Below the pieces are notes generated by a model. That model had not been told where the DNA came from. It made no database searches and saw only the letters and a program-made list of their open reading frames with translations. From a virus (lineage: Duplodnaviria > Caudoviricetes), in the IMG/VR virus record IMGVR_UViG_3300042258_000071, positions 172,444-236,443 of that record: 64,000 nucleotides of DNA. One strand, given 5' to 3'. This document shows positions 60,606 to 64,000 of this stretch, piece by piece. Position 1 is the stretch's first letter. The number at the start of each line of letters is the position of its first letter. The translations under genes and the position numbers were made by a program.

Positions 60606-61178
60606 ATGGAAAATACTTGGTTTAAAGATCTAGATGCCGCTCTAGGGGAAGCACTTATAGAGTTTGACAAGCCTCAAGCAATGCATCTTAATGATTTTCA
60701 GAAATTTCTTCCTCTCTTTAATATCGAGCAGTTCAATAAGTGTGATCTTGATCAAATACGAGAACTTAGGAGCGAATACAATACACGAGTAGATCACACC
60801 AAACCCCTAAGTGTGGTCGTTCAAGATAAGGATGGTACGTATAAAGTTCTTTTTCAAATAGATCGGGAGCATGTAAGTATCACACTCCCAAGAGACGATG
60901 CTCTTAAGAATAAATTTCAAGAACATAAAAATATGTCTCAAAGTTTTGCACACCCAGCAACTGTTGAAGAATCTTTTAGAGCTTATGAGGACACTCTTTA
61001 CACATCACTTAGTAAGTCAGATAAAGTCTTAAAAGACATAAAAAAAGCCAATACTGAAACCCACGCTATCATGGAGCATTTCAAAGAGACCTTTCCTAAC
61101 TCCATATATAAAGACATCAAACCTACTTCGGCATTAAAGTCTGGAGATGACAGTCTTGATGATGTTGAGATATTGTAA
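60606..61178 (+). CDS. hypothetical protein
   Basis: GGAG RBS before ATG 60606. Confidence 0.7.
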   Translation: MENTWFKDLDAALGEALIEFDKPQAMHLNDFQKFLPLFNIEQFNKCDLDQIRELRSEYNTRVDHTKPLSVVVQDKDGTYKVLFQIDREHVSITLPRDDALKNKFQEHKNMSQSFAHPATVEESFRAYEDTLYTSLSKSDKVLKDIKKANTETHAIMEHFKETFPNSIYKDIKPTSALKSGDDSLDDVEIL

Positions 61179-62330
61179 ATGGCATATCGATCTAACCGAA
61201 TACTGAGTCTGTCTGACATACATTTTGGAAATAACCTTGTTCCAACATTAACGATGTCAGATAAACTTACACGGGTAGTCTTTCCATATTTAAAAGATAT
61301 TGACCTCCTCGTACTTGCTGGGGATATGACGGACACTGAATTGAGTCTTGCTTCATTAGAAGCGCAGCATGTCATTGAGTTCTTTATTCGGTTATATCAA
61401 GAATGTGAAAAGAATGATGTTGATATATGTCTTCTTCGGGGGACGGTAAGTCATGACCGTGATCATCTAAGGATTTTAAAATCTTTACATGCTACATATA
61501 AATTTAAGAATAAACTTCATTATCATGAAACGATTGGTCTCACAGAGATAACTCACTTAGGATTAAAAATAGGATTCCTTCCAGATAATCTTCCCTATAA
61601 AACCTCCAATGAAGCTATCGCTGTCTTAAAAGAGTTGATGCATAAAAAGGGGTGGGATATGCTAGATTATGTGGTATTCCATGGATATGCTAAACATGTC
61701 CTTCCAACTGGCATGGATCATGCAGATACCATTTTTGACATTGAACAGTTCGATTTTGTAAAACGTGCTGTCATGGCGGGACATGTTCATACACCTTCTT
61801 TAAAATCTCATAGATTTTCAAACGATCATGAACTCCATTTCTTCTACAACTCATCATTTGAACGACTCGCCCATGGAGAAGAAGAAGATAAAGGATTTAT
61901 GCTGGTCACTGAAGATGGGGATGATACTGAATTTAAGTTTGTGAAAAATCCTTATGCAACTGGGTTTTTTACGTTTGACCTCTATGCGTATGATAAGAGT
62001 GAGGACATTTTTAGAATCTTTGAAGAAAAAATGTCTAAGATTAACACATCACTCCCTGTACATGTTCGAGTCCTCCATCCCCAATCTGAAATACGATCAT
62101 CTTTAGCTCGCCATGTCTTAAAGACATATCCTCATGTTAAGTTTACATCTAAAAGTAAAAAAATCAAAAAGCGAGATATTGAGGATACTTCACATCCTTC
62201 AAGTGATACTTTTAAAACGTTAATCGCCCCCTCAAAGGATACTCTCCCGATCATGATTCATGATTTCTTGAAGGATAAAAACATAACACTTGACATTACT
62301 GAAATTGAAAGTATGCTCCGCGATACATAA
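61179..62330 (+). CDS. sbcD: SbcD/Mre11-like metallophosphoesterase nuclease
   Basis: SDIH, AGD, RGTVSHD, FHG and GHVH motifs. Confidence 0.9.
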   Translation: MAYRSNRILSLSDIHFGNNLVPTLTMSDKLTRVVFPYLKDIDLLVLAGDMTDTELSLASLEAQHVIEFFIRLYQECEKNDVDICLLRGTVSHDRDHLRILKSLHATYKFKNKLHYHETIGLTEITHLGLKIGFLPDNLPYKTSNEAIAVLKELMHKKGWDMLDYVVFHGYAKHVLPTGMDHADTIFDIEQFDFVKRAVMAGHVHTPSLKSHRFSNDHELHFFYNSSFERLAHGEEEDKGFMLVTEDGDDTEFKFVKNPYATGFFTFDLYAYDKSEDIFRIFEEKMSKINTSLPVHVRVLHPQSEIRSSLARHVLKTYPHVKFTSKSKKIKKRDIEDTSHPSSDTFKTLIAPSKDTLPIMIHDFLKDKNITLDITEIESMLRDT

Positions 62331-62339
62331 GGATTCTTC

Positions 62340-63245
62340 ATGTCAGATTTCCCATCAACCGAAGGTCTTGGAAAATCTCAAGATGGATCTGAGCTTGTCT
62401 ATGGTGGGAGTATTGCCATTAATAGACAGCTTGGACGTCTTAGAGATCTTGCTGGTCAGAAAGATGCTCCGCCTTATCTTTTATACCTTATTAATGTTTA
62501 CACTTTAGTGGACAATATATACAGTAAAGATACTAAAGTGTCTATCTTAGAAGATCTTTTAACAACTGAGATTAACATCTTAACAACTTATATTGAAGCC
62601 TACTCTTCACATTTTAATTCTTACATGTCTAAGTCCTTTAAACCTACAATTATATTCTACATTCCTGAATACAATATTCCTAGTAAATATCGCAGAGAGA
62701 TAGATTCTAAGACACAAAAAGGTAAGATCAAGCTTTTTTATGATCTTATTCGAAAATCATTTGGGAGAAACATTGTTGAGATGTCCTCAACAGGGAACTC
62801 TTATCGGTACATGCTTCCAGTAGGACACGTCACTTACCCCCATCGGGAGATCGTTCCTATCGTTCAAAGGTTATCTTCTAAGATAGACTATATGTTTGGA
62901 AGTGGACCTGTTGGACTCATATCTCACATCACACTTGATTTACACATCGGACGTCTTATTCCAAATATACATCTCCTAGAGCGATATACTGGAGACGTTC
63001 TTACGTATTCTCAGTTTGGAAAGAAACTTGATAAAGGAGGTCGGGTACCCTTTAATGTGTACACACATAGGGCCTTTGGGGATGACCTTCTTTTAGAACC
63101 CCTTGTTCAACGTAAACTCAAAAAGGAGCTCCTTGAAGTCGCAGAGAAGAAACGTTGGATGAGACTATCTCCAGGTGAAATAGCTGTTCACATTAAAGAT
63201 GTGACAGGTGTTTCGATTGCCGATCTTGGTGTTCTTAAGATTTAA
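62340..63245 (+). CDS. conserved core protein (possible degenerate PIN/5'-nuclease fold)
   Basis: INVYTLVDN, ISH...DL, LLERYTG and PFN...AFGD motifs; lies between sbcD and chmC. Confidence 0.6.
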   Translation: MSDFPSTEGLGKSQDGSELVYGGSIAINRQLGRLRDLAGQKDAPPYLLYLINVYTLVDNIYSKDTKVSILEDLLTTEINILTTYIEAYSSHFNSYMSKSFKPTIIFYIPEYNIPSKYRREIDSKTQKGKIKLFYDLIRKSFGRNIVEMSSTGNSYRYMLPVGHVTYPHREIVPIVQRLSSKIDYMFGSGPVGLISHITLDLHIGRLIPNIHLLERYTGDVLTYSQFGKKLDKGGRVPFNVYTHRAFGDDLLLEPLVQRKLKKELLEVAEKKRWMRLSPGEIAVHIKDVTGVSIADLGVLKI

Positions 63246-63269
63246 TAAATAAGAACATACGAGGATCAT

Positions 63270-63968
63270 ATGAGCCATTTGAATAACCAATATACAGTAG
63301 GACCTGCTATGACAGAGTTGCCACAAGTTCAAGTTAAAGAACAAGATTTTGGTCGATTGTATTCCATGCCTGCCGACCGTGAGAAAGATATTCGCCTTAA
63401 CGTAGCTGTATGGAAAGGTAGTGTTTCACTTACAATTTTCACAGGGCAAGGGAAGCCTTACGCTGTGAAGTTGGGATCGGATATGAACATGGTTGGGATC
63501 ATAGCCCGTCAGCTTCGACGGGCCATCCAGTTGTCACCAGATACCCATGAACGGATGGATATTAATGGGTATGATCCCAATGAAAAGAAGGCTTTTCCAG
63601 AAGCAACCTTGATCTTTGGACGAGATGATAAGGGTATTGTCTACTTGGGTGTTTCTGGCCCGAGCTTCGAGATGAAACGTTTCCCGATTCGTCTTCCTTT
63701 CAAAGTGTCTCTCCCTCACATGAAAGATTTTGCAGAACAATCTGGTTTTGCAACATCGATTCTAGTTGAAGACATTCTTCTCAAAGCTGTTCCAGCAGCT
63801 CTCATCGCGTCTAATGAAAAACGCGACTTCAATAAAGGTAGTCAATCTCAAGGAGGGGGTAATCGTTCTGGTGGTGGCGGTTATTCCCAGGGTGGGCAAC
63901 AGCAGGGCACAGGAGGTGGTTCTGGGTCTAGCCCCTCAAGTGCAGTGGCGGATGAGATTCCCTATTAA
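63270..63968 (+). CDS. chmC: probable ChmC (Whirly-fold nucleic-acid-binding protein with low-complexity tail)
   Basis: Two genes after sbcD in the chimallin block; two beta-beta-beta-alpha units; G/S/Q-rich C-terminal tail ending DEIPY. Confidence 0.6.
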   Translation: MSHLNNQYTVGPAMTELPQVQVKEQDFGRLYSMPADREKDIRLNVAVWKGSVSLTIFTGQGKPYAVKLGSDMNMVGIIARQLRRAIQLSPDTHERMDINGYDPNEKKAFPEATLIFGRDDKGIVYLGVSGPSFEMKRFPIRLPFKVSLPHMKDFAEQSGFATSILVEDILLKAVPAALIASNEKRDFNKGSQSQGGGNRSGGGGYSQGGQQQGTGGGSGSSPSSAVADEIPY

Positions 63969-64000
63969 GCTGTTACCTACTAAAGGAGGGGAGAGGTGGC

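Noticed and set aside
1-64000. Stop-codon recoding (TAG/TGA), tRNAs, CRISPR arrays
   Set aside because: Core genes are intact in the standard code and several end in TAG or TGA; no cloverleaf or repeat-spacer array was seen by eye (tRNAscan not run).

Overview
This is a 64-kb segment of an AT-rich phiKZ-like jumbo phage genome, probably nucleus-forming (Chimalliviridae-type); the host cannot be determined from the sequence. The first ~24 kb is mostly + strand accessory/early genes: small hypotheticals, three XRE-HTH proteins, a GNAT, a C39-like peptidase, a Tad2/DUF2829-like domain, a C-terminally short NAD+ ligase, a P-loop kinase and the tubulin PhuZ. The rest is core genome: SbcC, RuvC, the N-terminal half of a split family-B DNA polymerase, major capsid protein, DnaB, RecA/UvsX, virion proteins, a probable chimallin (ChmA), an nvRNAP beta'-like subunit interrupted by an ORF-less 383-nt group I intron (58728-59110), SbcD and a probable ChmC. 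Ten copies of a phiKZ-type early promoter motif (TAT/CATTAC; nine followed by N5-TG) and about 27 long purine/pyrimidine-polarised palindromes punctuate the window. The strongest candidates for something undescribed are structured RNAs that begin at predicted early start sites: a ~220-nt self-closing RNA with its own terminator (42301-42526) and a pseudoknot/switch in the chimallin leader (55650-55771). A possible split NAD+ ligase (15832 plus 27710) is also notable. All family calls come from motif recognition and synteny by eye; no database searches were run.
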